Virus record (IMG/VR): IMGVR_UViG_3300048762_000230
Location: 1-38,784 of that record
DNA length: 38,784 bases
Source: a virus
Taxonomy: Duplodnaviria > Caudoviricetes
Reading direction: 5' to 3' (one strand)
This document shows, piece by piece, positions 27,073 to 36,400 of this stretch. The notes below the pieces were generated by a model. That model searched no databases and was not told where the DNA came from. It worked only from the letters and a program-made list of their open reading frames with translations. The translations under genes and the position numbers were made by a program. Every line of letters starts with the position of its first letter. Within the stretch, counting starts at the first letter, position 1.

Positions 27073-28245
27073 ATGCCACTGCTGACAACTCTTGCGGGGG
27101 CGCTGATCGCAGCGAATGTGGCGTTCTCGACCAATATCCAAACGCTTTCGACCAGCACCAACCTGGACGAGATTGCGGCACTGACCAGTAGTTCTGTGAA
27201 CACCGTCACGAACGCGGTTCACTCGCCGGAGATGTACACCACCCTCAGCCAGGGCGGCTGGGGGTATCAAACAATTGTGACGCCGCCTGCGGCCAGAATG
27301 GGATTAAACTACACAGTGTTGCCTGGGTCGCTGGCGTTTCACGCGTTGACCAACTCGATTGTTCACACGAACGGTTTTGGAGCTTATGCAGCCGCCGAGA
27401 GCCTTTTTACGCCGACGATCCCGTTGAACTCTGTGATCGCCAACAGCAATGCGATGTCTATCTGGACCAACATTTCGTCTCACCTGACCGGAACGTTGAC
27501 CCGAAACAGCAACTGCTGGTTCTCTGGCTATCCAGAGCTGAGCGCGGTGGTTGTGGCGGACGATGCGGATCGCACCAGTACGACCAACAATGGCGGCTTT
27601 GTCGAGTTCAGGATTGGAGCAACAGCCATTTCGCCAAGACACATCCTTTGCGCCGCTCATGCCTCTTATTCGGCTGGTACGGTCATGGTCTTTGTTGACA
27701 CGAACAACGTGGCCTTTCAGCGCACCGTGGTGTCGGAGCAGGACCCCGTGGATAGCAGTTCTGACATCACCTGCTGTCTGCTGGATGCCGATCTGCCTGC
27801 GTCCATCACGCCGATGAAGGTGTTGCCGACAAACTATCTGGCGTGGCTGCCAACGCTGACCAATCACTGCGAAGTCCCTTTGCTCGTCATCAACCAGCAG
27901 CTCATGGCGCTGCCCAAATCATGGATTCCTTTCGCCGGCATCGAGGTGTCGCTGGGCCAAGACACCTATTGGGTGAGCACAAACTGGTTTGACACCTACA
28001 CGACGGCCGCCGGAGGGATCACTGGTGGGGACAGCGGTCATCCGATCATGGTCGCGATCGGCACGAACCTGGTCCTGGTGAGCCATTTCACAACCGCAGG
28101 TACGGGCTCCTCCATCGCTTATTTCGAGCCGCAGATCAATGCCGCGATGCATTCACTTTCAGTCGCTGCCGGTCTTGAATCAAACTATCAGCTTGCGCCG
28201 ATCGACCTGTCGGCGTGGCCGAACACCACTACGGGATTACATTAA
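27073..28245 (+). CDS. Trypsin-like serine protease, probably exported
   Basis: AISPRHILCAAH (His), SDITCCLL (Asp), GGDSGHP (Ser); hydrophobic N-terminus. Confidence 0.8.
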   Translation: MPLLTTLAGALIAANVAFSTNIQTLSTSTNLDEIAALTSSSVNTVTNAVHSPEMYTTLSQGGWGYQTIVTPPAARMGLNYTVLPGSLAFHALTNSIVHTNGFGAYAAAESLFTPTIPLNSVIANSNAMSIWTNISSHLTGTLTRNSNCWFSGYPELSAVVVADDADRTSTTNNGGFVEFRIGATAISPRHILCAAHASYSAGTVMVFVDTNNVAFQRTVVSEQDPVDSSSDITCCLLDADLPASITPMKVLPTNYLAWLPTLTNHCEVPLLVINQQLMALPKSWIPFAGIEVSLGQDTYWVSTNWFDTYTTAAGGITGGDSGHPIMVAIGTNLVLVSHFTTAGTGSSIAYFEPQINAAMHSLSVAAGLESNYQLAPIDLSAWPNTTTGLH

Positions 28246-28247
28246 CT

Positions 28248-28811
28248 ATGAGAACTTACCTCACCATCGCACTTTCCTGTTTGGCCCTATTATTCCTCGA
28301 CGCGACCGCTCTGGGAGGCCAGTCGGTCGGCCTGTGCTGGAATCCGTACCAGGACCAAACCGTCACCGGGTTCAAGGTTTATGAGGGCATGGTCAGCAGG
28401 GGCGCAACCGGATCGCCGCCCTTCGCCGGCTACACGAACGTCATCACCGTCCTGGGTGCCTCCCAGACCAACGCGGTGTTCGCGAACCTGCCTGTTGGCG
28501 CGATCTGTTTCTTTTCGGCGACGGCGTTCATCACCGTGGGCGGAACGAACCTCGAAAGTTACTTCAGCGGGGAAGTCTCCTACGGCCCGATCCGCCCATC
28601 TCCGCCCTCGATCCAGACCCCATACCTGGCGCTGTCGTGGGACGGCCCTTATACCATTTGGGGCAGCTCGAATCTCGTGGCCTGGTCGCCACTTCTGACG
28701 ACGCCATTCAACACCGCGAGTCTGCCGATAGTCCTCGGACAACAATTCTTCCGGGTGTCCAACTCGCAGAGCAATCTCCTGGTGATCGTGAAACAGAGCC
28801 CGGCATCATGA
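28248..28811 (+). CDS. Exported fibronectin type III-like protein
   Basis: Signal peptide; SVGLCWNP...VTGFKVY...FFSATA...ESYFSGEV; C-terminal SSNLVAW...QQFFRV. Confidence 0.75.
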   Translation: MRTYLTIALSCLALLFLDATALGGQSVGLCWNPYQDQTVTGFKVYEGMVSRGATGSPPFAGYTNVITVLGASQTNAVFANLPVGAICFFSATAFITVGGTNLESYFSGEVSYGPIRPSPPSIQTPYLALSWDGPYTIWGSSNLVAWSPLLTTPFNTASLPIVLGQQFFRVSNSQSNLLVIVKQSPAS

Positions 28812-29032
28812 GCGCCTCCCTGTCCATCCAGGCGACCCCGGTGCGCGCGGGCATCATGGAGCAGTCGCGCCAGGCGCTTGCCGCCTGCGCGGGGCTGCGG
28901 ATCATGTTTGAGAGGGACTTTGCATTGGCCGAGCAGTTGGGAGTCTCACTCGTGCACGGTCCTCGCTCCGGGCAGCGACAGGTCCTGGACATGAAGCATA
29001 TTTCGTTTCAACACCCCGATTCGTACTCCTGA
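28808..29032 (+). CDS. Hypothetical protein
   Basis: ATGA coupling. Confidence 0.4.
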   Translation: MSASLSIQATPVRAGIMEQSRQALAACAGLRIMFERDFALAEQLGVSLVHGPRSGQRQVLDMKHISFQHPDSYS

Positions 29033-29063
29033 TAAAGCACCACAATTAAACATCTAAACAATC

Positions 29064-29456
29064 ATGCCAACACCAATCATCAAGGGAATAGCAACCATCA
29101 TCTGGGGCATCGGAAACGGGATGAACGCGCCGGCCGGCGCCCTTATTGAATCCATCCAGGTCACACCCAAGAACGGCAACCCCATCGAGATCGAGGACAA
29201 CAACGGCTTTGCCATCAGTGAAATTCTGCTGGTGGACGGCTTCGACGCCAAGCTCAACTGCGTTTACGATTCAGCCAAGGTATGGCCGCTCGAGGGATCC
29301 AACGTCACGCTGAACCTGCCCATGGCGACGGGTAACAACTCAAATGCCACCACGGCATTTGTTTGTCTGGTCGCCAGCCAGGCGCCTGCCTTGAAGCGCA
29401 AGGGGGAAGCGATGATCGCTTTTAACATGACATACCGGCCTGGTGTGTCGGTCTAA
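29064..29456 (+). CDS. Putative tail tube protein
   Basis: 130 aa beta-rich, strong A/C-rich leader, precedes chaperones and tape measure. Confidence 0.65.
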   Translation: MPTPIIKGIATIIWGIGNGMNAPAGALIESIQVTPKNGNPIEIEDNNGFAISEILLVDGFDAKLNCVYDSAKVWPLEGSNVTLNLPMATGNNSNATTAFVCLVASQAPALKRKGEAMIAFNMTYRPGVSV

Positions 29457-29522
29457 CACGGTTATCCCGATCGGGTGAGCGCCGCGCTCTGTGGCGGCCT
29501 CTCTCGCTTGGCGGGTGAGCCC

Positions 29523-30140
29523 ATGAACAACGAAACCACAAAGCCGGAGACGGCGGGGGAGCCATATGCGGGCTACCAGCAGGAAATCCTGGCGCTGGAG
29601 AAAAAGCTCGCCGAACTTCGGGCGGCGGCCGCCGCTCCACTTCCGGGACCGCTTCGCGAAGCTTTCGCGGGCGACCCGCCGAAGGTCGGCGCATTTGCGC
29701 TGATGCCGGTGACTGCTGGTTTGGTGGTTATTCTCGTGCGCATCAATTCACCCTTGCTCGATATCGTGCGCATCTACCGCGCCAACGCCGGCCTGGGCAC
29801 CGATGCTATCGCCGATATCATCGGCAAGGAACTCAAGCCAGAGCCGGAGCAGTTGATTGAGACGGTCTTTTGTTTCGTCACGGAGATCCGCAAGCTCCGG
29901 GCTCTGCTGGCGCAAGGCCGGGAGGCCTTCCGCGAGCAGGCGCTTCAGGAGATCGGCGACAAGCTTCATCCGACGGAATTGGCGGAGCTGGAGAAAGCCT
30001 GCGGCGCCCATTTCGCCTCGAGCTTCGCCACGATCGTGGAGCATGAGGCTTCGAAAGGTTCGGGTGGAGAGTTTTTTACTCAGCCACCGGCGGAGCCGAT
30101 GACGGCCTCGGCTGGTGGCTCGACATCGTCGGCCAAATGA
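29523..30140 (+). CDS. Tail assembly chaperone (G-like)
   Basis: Between tube and TMP; contains slippery G TTT TTT at 30071-30077. Confidence 0.7.
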   Translation: MNNETTKPETAGEPYAGYQQEILALEKKLAELRAAAAAPLPGPLREAFAGDPPKVGAFALMPVTAGLVVILVRINSPLLDIVRIYRANAGLGTDAIADIIGKELKPEPEQLIETVFCFVTEIRKLRALLAQGREAFREQALQEIGDKLHPTELAELEKACGAHFASSFATIVEHEASKGSGGEFFTQPPAEPMTASAGGSTSSAK

Positions 30141-30301
30141 CCCGCGACTTTCACATGGCCCTGGATTACGTCCTGGACGACCTGCCGCTCTCGCAGGCAT
30201 TCGCCCTGGCGGCCTGGAACGTGGAGGCCAATCCCTGGGCCAAGGTCGAGCGCACAAGCGACGGCTACGTCGCTCAGGAGCGGGAACGGCTCAAATCATG
30301 A
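30074..30301 (+). CDS. Tail assembly chaperone -1 frameshift extension (T-like; not in ORF track)
   Basis: -1 frame reads FYSATGGADDGLGWWLDIVGQMTRDFHMALDYVLDDLPLSQAFAL...ERLKS*, stop overlaps the TMP ATG. Confidence 0.75.
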   Translation, partial: FYSATGGADDGLGWWLDIVGQMTRDFHMALDYVLDDLPLSQAFALAAWNVEANPWAKVERTSDGYVAQERERLKS

Positions 30302-31719
30302 ACCAGGGAATCCTTCAATTTACACTCGGCCTGACGACCGGAGGCTTTGTGAGCAGCCTGGGGGCTGCGGATGCCAAGCTGAAGAGTTTTATCGGCGGGA
30401 TGCTCAGCGTGGGCGCGGTGACCGCAGGCGTGATGCAGGCCATTGATCGCGGCGCGGAATTGGAGCGCCTGCACAAGCGCACCGGAGAGAGCGTGCGCGA
30501 CTTGTTTCTGCTTGAAAAGGGATTCAGGGCGGTCGGGCTTTCCTCAGAGGATGTGAGCCCGGCACTCTTCCAGATGCAGCGGGCCATCGGCGGCGTCAAT
30601 GAAATGGGTGAGCGCACAGGAGACATTTTCCAACGCATGGGGCTCCAGGCCGCGAGCTTGAAGCGCATGGGCGGAGCTGACGCGCTGGGCCTGATCCTCC
30701 AGCAGCTTGGGAGGTTGAACCAGAGCGATGCCGCCAAGGCGGGCAGTTCTATCTTTGGCCGGATGCAGGCCGGGAACATGATTCAGTTGGCCAGGAGCAC
30801 AGGCGAATTTGCCGAGGGCATGGCTGCAGCCGCCGATCAGGCGGCTATTTTCGAGCGATCCGCCCGCATTTTTGAACGCCTGGATATCAGCATGGATCGG
30901 GTGAAAAGCAAAGGTCAGGCGCTCTTCGCCGGCATTGCCGAGGGTGCGGCGCCGGCGATCCAGAACGTGCTCGACATGTTGAATAACGTTGACCTGACAA
31001 GTCTGGGCCAGGAGATCGGAAGAGTCTTGACGGCCCTTACCCAGGCGTTCCGGGAAGGCACAGTGTCGGAGTTGATCGCCGAATCTTTGCGCGTCGGATT
31101 TGAGGCGGGCGTCGCCGCATTGCCCGCCTCGATGGAGAAAATCGGTTACATGCTGCTCAAGGTGTTCGAAACGCCGCTCATGTATCTCCAGTCAGGAATG
31201 CAGTTAGCGATCGAGCAGGTCATGGCCGGGTTGGCAAAGATTCCTGGATTAAATAAGGCGATGGGGCTGAAGGGATTCGAGGCCGACTCCTGGGAGAGCA
31301 TCTACGCGGATGAAAAACAGAACGGTCTCAAGCTGGGCTCGGCGGACTTCGGCCTGGGCGACATCGGCAAGGATGCTGATAAGCGATGGGCTGAGGCGAA
31401 GTCAAACATCAAGAAGATTTCCGAACCGTTGATGGCGATGATCGACGGGCTCTTGGCCCGCGCTCCAAAAGCCAAGCAAGCTGCGGACAACGTCAAACGC
31501 GGCGGCTCCGGTGATGATCTATCCAGAACGGCCAATTATTTGCCCGGGTTCACCGGCCTGGAAAAAATGGGTTTCGTCATGGGCGGCCTGGGCAATCCCT
31601 TGATTGACCCGACGCGCGGCATCGAGCGGAACACGCGACGCATGGTTGAACTCATGCCGCAATTGATACAGGCGTTCGGTCGCGCGCAGATGGGCGAGTT
31701 ACTTCATCAACCCCTATAA
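30298..31719 (+). CDS. Tape measure protein (473 aa)
   Basis: Helical Ala/Gly-rich; LERLHKRTGESV; follows chaperones; ATGA coupling fixes the start at 30298. Confidence 0.85.
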   Translation: MNQGILQFTLGLTTGGFVSSLGAADAKLKSFIGGMLSVGAVTAGVMQAIDRGAELERLHKRTGESVRDLFLLEKGFRAVGLSSEDVSPALFQMQRAIGGVNEMGERTGDIFQRMGLQAASLKRMGGADALGLILQQLGRLNQSDAAKAGSSIFGRMQAGNMIQLARSTGEFAEGMAAAADQAAIFERSARIFERLDISMDRVKSKGQALFAGIAEGAAPAIQNVLDMLNNVDLTSLGQEIGRVLTALTQAFREGTVSELIAESLRVGFEAGVAALPASMEKIGYMLLKVFETPLMYLQSGMQLAIEQVMAGLAKIPGLNKAMGLKGFEADSWESIYADEKQNGLKLGSADFGLGDIGKDADKRWAEAKSNIKKISEPLMAMIDGLLARAPKAKQAADNVKRGGSGDDLSRTANYLPGFTGLEKMGFVMGGLGNPLIDPTRGIERNTRRMVELMPQLIQAFGRAQMGELLHQPL

Positions 31720-31722
31720 CTT

Positions 31723-32088
31723 ATGATTGTCCTCTCAGATTTGACCGGAAACGGTGCGGTGGGAACGTGGAATGAGACTCACGGCATTCTGTCCACCGTG
31801 CTCGATGAGCCGATCACCGGCTTTTTCCGACAGGTGCAGCTTGGCACCGCGGGGCTCACTGTGAAGAACGGCGGCAATTCGGTGGGGATACCGTTGGCTT
31901 TGATCCTTGAACTGGCCCAGACGTTGTGCCCGGCACTGACTCCGCCGCAGACCTCGCCAGTGGTCAGCGCGGCTGCACCGGCCGCCGCCAGGCCTGCAGC
32001 GGTCAGCACGCCCTTGGGCAGCGCTGCACCGGACGCCGCCGCGGCCTCGCCGGCGACGCCCGTTAAAACTCAACCCGCGGCATCCTGA
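31723..32088 (+). CDS. Hypothetical protein with Ala/Pro-rich tail
   Basis: Operon position, TGATG coupling. Confidence 0.6.
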   Translation: MIVLSDLTGNGAVGTWNETHGILSTVLDEPITGFFRQVQLGTAGLTVKNGGNSVGIPLALILELAQTLCPALTPPQTSPVVSAAAPAAARPAAVSTPLGSAAPDAAAASPATPVKTQPAAS

Positions 32089-32831
32089 TGGGTACGCCAA
32101 TATGGAAAGGCACGACGGCCCTGTCGTTCCAGGTAGAGAGCGGCACGCTTGTCCTTTCTGACCGCAGCACGTACGTCGATATTTACCGGGGGCCGTACAT
32201 TGCCGCTTACGACGGCCTCCTGGCCCGTGGCACGTTCGGCACAGCCGCACGGCTTGGCTGGGTTGTGACCAGCTCGAAAGTGGAATCAGAAAAGGGCGGC
32301 GTTGGAAAGCTCACGATCAACTGGGAGGCGGGCGGCACATATGCATGGCCTCCGCTGCCGTGTGATGAGTTTACCCTGGCGGCGTTGGAGCTTTATCCAT
32401 CCATCGAACGGGCCGGCTATTTCAACGGGATCACCGCGGTGACGGCGGCCCTGGCCAAGGCATGTGGCACGGGCTCCACGGCCATGGCCCGCGCGGCTGC
32501 CTATGATCAAATCACTCTCATCAGCGATCCAACACAGCAGGCTCTCGGCCTTTCGCTGGCGGCAAAATATTCAAGGGGGGAAGAGACGTTTTACCTGGCC
32601 GGATGGCGTTACGTGTGGACGTCCTACTCTTACTCGCTGCCATCAACGACTTTGGGGGCTATGATCCAGGCTCCTCTTGGACCGCTCTACGGTTATTTTT
32701 CAGGCTCAATTTCATTTTTACGGCTCGCGGATGACCTGCAATCCGCAGGCGTCAACGGATCCTGCTTCAAGGTCTCCAGGACGTGGCTGGGCGCTCCGGA
32801 CGGGTACTGGGATTCTGACATATACCCATGA
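32088..32831 (+). CDS. Putative tail-tip protein
   Basis: Post-TMP position, beta-rich. Confidence 0.55.
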   Translation: MGTPIWKGTTALSFQVESGTLVLSDRSTYVDIYRGPYIAAYDGLLARGTFGTAARLGWVVTSSKVESEKGGVGKLTINWEAGGTYAWPPLPCDEFTLAALELYPSIERAGYFNGITAVTAALAKACGTGSTAMARAAAYDQITLISDPTQQALGLSLAAKYSRGEETFYLAGWRYVWTSYSYSLPSTTLGAMIQAPLGPLYGYFSGSISFLRLADDLQSAGVNGSCFKVSRTWLGAPDGYWDSDIYP

Positions 32832-33478
32832 CGCCGCTCCGTTCAGGTGAAAGATCCTCACGCGACTGGCAGCACATCAACGATCTGGCCGGCAATGCCA
32901 GATACAGCCGCGATCAAGTAATAAACCTGCGCCACCAGGTCACCGCGCTCCAGGAACCGGCCCTTGACGCGGCCTTCATGTTCCCGTTTCGTATCTATAG
33001 CTTTCCGATCTGCTGGCGGGCGGCCGGGAATTATACCACGGACTGGCTCAAGTTCCGCGTGCATGCGGGTCGCTACATGGGTGTGATTGTCACCGGAACG
33101 GATTGCGCTGACGTGGATCCCGGCGGCACAAATTACCCGACCGCCATGGCTGATGCTGACGCGCCTCCAAAAGAATCCGATGTGACGGATATCGCCATTC
33201 CAGCAGGCACCCAGCAGTTCTGGTTCTGGATTGATGTCAGCAACGCGGCCATCCCGGTCATAAAATACGGGTTCACTGGCAGCTCGGCCGGCGCCGGCGC
33301 CGGCGGCGATCCCGTGCTGCAGGGTTGGACTACATTTCCGACCGCCGACGGCAGCCATGCCCCTGTTGGCTGGGTGGATGTCTTGACCCATGCCACCGAC
33401 AGCAGCGCGATCATCAGACAACTGATCCGGACAGACGTCATCGCAGGTGGGGGAAGTGGCGCCACATGGCTGCCTTGA
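32828..33478 (+). CDS. Putative tail-tip protein
   Basis: FPFRIY..., C-terminal IIRQLIRTDV; position. Confidence 0.55.
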   Translation: MTPLRSGERSSRDWQHINDLAGNARYSRDQVINLRHQVTALQEPALDAAFMFPFRIYSFPICWRAAGNYTTDWLKFRVHAGRYMGVIVTGTDCADVDPGGTNYPTAMADADAPPKESDVTDIAIPAGTQQFWFWIDVSNAAIPVIKYGFTGSSAGAGAGGDPVLQGWTTFPTADGSHAPVGWVDVLTHATDSSAIIRQLIRTDVIAGGGSGATWLP

Positions 33479-36400
33479 TTCCATATCTGAAGGGAGGCGA
33501 ATCGGCCAGCGCGTCCTACATGAACGCGCTGTTTGGCGCGTTGGACGCCAAACTCACCGCGATTCTGAGCGGTAAATCCTTTTTCCTGGCCCAGGAGCTG
33601 GCGATGCCAGTGAAGTTCTGCGGGAAGATATTCTGCTTCACAAGCGGCACGCCGCTGTATGCAGGGCGCGCGCCGGCCGTGGTGAGCACCGCCTATAATC
33701 ATGCGCCATTCACGGCGGCGGCCGCTGCATTTGCAAGCTCGGTGAGCCCATGGGACGAAACCAACAAAATCGCAATCATCCCCGAGGTTGCGTCGTCCTA
33801 TTACACCAGCGCCGGAGTGCCACAGGAGCTTGGGGTGCGCGGTTACCCAATCAGCACGTTCTTCGATTGGTCGCTGGAAGCGCACCATTACATGCACCAA
33901 GGGTCAAACGACACCGCGCCGGTGCCCTACTACATCCAGGAGGCTCAGATTGTCTCCAGCCCGTTGTATTTGTGCCCGATTCACCCTCCTGAAAAGCATC
34001 TAAGATTCGCGCTGGCCGAGATCGTGATCGAGGGACCGACTTCAGTCACGCTTCCGGCAAATTACGACAAATACTCATGCTTTCGGGTCCACAACCTCAA
34101 CAGCGTGGCGGTCACGGTGAACTTCGGGGGTGCGTACACGCTCACACTGCAGCCGTTCCAGACCGCCTGTGTGCGCCGGGATTCCCCGACGGCCAACTAT
34201 CGCCGAAGCGCATTCAATTACTTCTTCCAGTTTGAGGGTGGGGATCCGCGCTTCTACTGGTTCATGCCGACCATTTGCGACGTCGGAAATTACAACGAGG
34301 CATTGATGGCGACAGGCTCTCAGGTCTCCAACTCGATGCAGGCGAATAACCTCAGCAATCCCGCCTGCCTCCACGATTGGGTGCAATATTTTCTTCGCGA
34401 CATGAGCACCTGGGGCGGGGTGGACAACGCCGCGGTGGACCGGTGGTATGCCGGCTGGCAACAGGATCCGTCGATCCAGTGCGACATCCATCCGCTGTAT
34501 CCGGCGGCATTCGGGGATCCAGGCAATCCGGCCACGCTGCTTGGGGACCTGCTCCATCACCAGGGCAAGATCGTGATTAAACGGACGGCAACGGTCCCCG
34601 ACCCGATTACGGGCATCAAAGCTGAGACCTGGGACTCTGTCCAGTTCAACGGCTACACGACTATCGTCGCCGATTTCGCCGCAAAGCTGTTGACCGTGGC
34701 GCCGAACAGCGCGGGGGACCTGGTCATCACAAATGCCGACACGAACAATGATGTGCTGTTGATTCCGATCGGGACCAACATGTTCAAATCTTTCACGAAC
34801 GCCGGGAGCGGTGTGACGGGGACAGAGGTGCATCCATCCAGCATTGCGCTGGCAGCCAACACGCCATCCAGCAATTTCACGATCGAGAATGCAATATTTG
34901 AAAACCCCAATTACCAGAATCTGACCGCGACACCGGCACAGCAGATTTTCCAGCCCGCTCTGGCGACCGCGACAAATCAGCGTACGTGGACCCAGGTCAC
35001 CACCTATCCTGTTAGTGGGCCGCTTGTAGGCACCCCGGTCGTGGTGAGCGGCCCGGACTCGCAGACCTTGGATTGGACCCACGCGCGGGCCACCGCAAAA
35101 ACTCTGCACGGAATCCACCAGATCACCGTCGCGCAGATCCTGCAGTTGGATTGGTGGGGCGACCCGGCTGCCGGCAACCAGCAATCCACCTACGTCAGCA
35201 TCAGCAAGCGGAGCCTGCAGTTGACACCGGAGGGGCTGGTGCTCCTTTACATCGAGACGGATTCAACCATCCAACCCGTTTCCGGCGGGACAGGCGCGCA
35301 GCTTAATAATTGGGCTGCGGCTAAAATCGGGTTGCCGATCTGCAAACAGATCAAATTCCGCTCACACGGATGGGGCTACGTCAGCGCGGAAAATGGTTCG
35401 CTGGACACCGGATTTCTGAGCCCTCAATTCGGGCGCTATCTCTGCGGAACCAATTTCACCGGTGAAATCCTCGCGCCCGCCGGCGCCGACTTCTCACTGC
35501 CGACACTCTCGGTCATCCAAAATTCAATCCAGGTGCTCACAAAAATCCGGACAGGCGACCTTTCGCATGTGCAGGGTGGCCGATTTTGGCAGACCAACGC
35601 GCCCGGGGGCGACTCCCTGGACACCTTTGTCGAGGGGTCGGATACGCCGATCGCCACACCGGCTCCGATCGCCATGGCGTTGCTCGCCGAGATGTATAAT
35701 GCGATGGCAAGAGCCGTGAACGCCATCACATCCGGTTGCGCCCTTTCCTGGCGGACATTGCGCTGGAATATTACCACCGGCGGCGTGACAAAAACAGTCA
35801 GTCTTTCGGGCGCTGCCGGTGATTGGGGGCTTCTCCCGCTCGCCAACCGGACTCGGCTCCAGGGTAAAGGGACCTGGAACGCCGCCACCAACACGCCCGA
35901 CATCACATCCGGGCCAACCGTTGGCGATTACTATCAGGTATCCATAGCCGGCACATTCGCGGGCAAGAGTTTCAGCATCGGTGATTATGCTTATTACAAC
36001 GGAACCGCGTGGCTGCAGCTTCTCCAGGCAGGTCCACAGGACGGGTCCAAAGCATACACGCTGCCTATGGCCGCGTTCACCGTGTTCAATCCGGGGAGCG
36101 ATTACGCCGCGCTATGCACATTACTGTCGATACCCGTCAATTCAGTTTTGCCAGGCGGTTTGGACACAGCCGGCGACTCGCAGCCATTCAGCTATTTTGT
36201 GAGCAAGCAAATCGTCCCCGCGATGATTGAGACCACCTTTACCTGGAACGGAGGCGCTTTTGCCTGCAGCAGCGTGGATTCATACGGCAACTTCACCGCC
36301 ACCGGGACGTTCACCAGCTCATGGAGCGCGACCCTCCTCTCCGCAGCAGACACGAAGTCACGCTGGCCAACCTACCCTGGGGCCGTCGGGGTAACCCTGG

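Noticed and set aside
30115-30297. Longest-ORF upstream start for the TMP (likewise 2028, 13514, 23696, 25294, 33325 and repressor 796)
   Set aside because: Extensions overlap other genes or control regions; coupled downstream ATGs fit better
34075-35184. 369-aa minus-strand ORF and similar antisense ORFs
   Set aside because: Fully overlaps a well-supported plus-strand gene; composition typical of shadow frames
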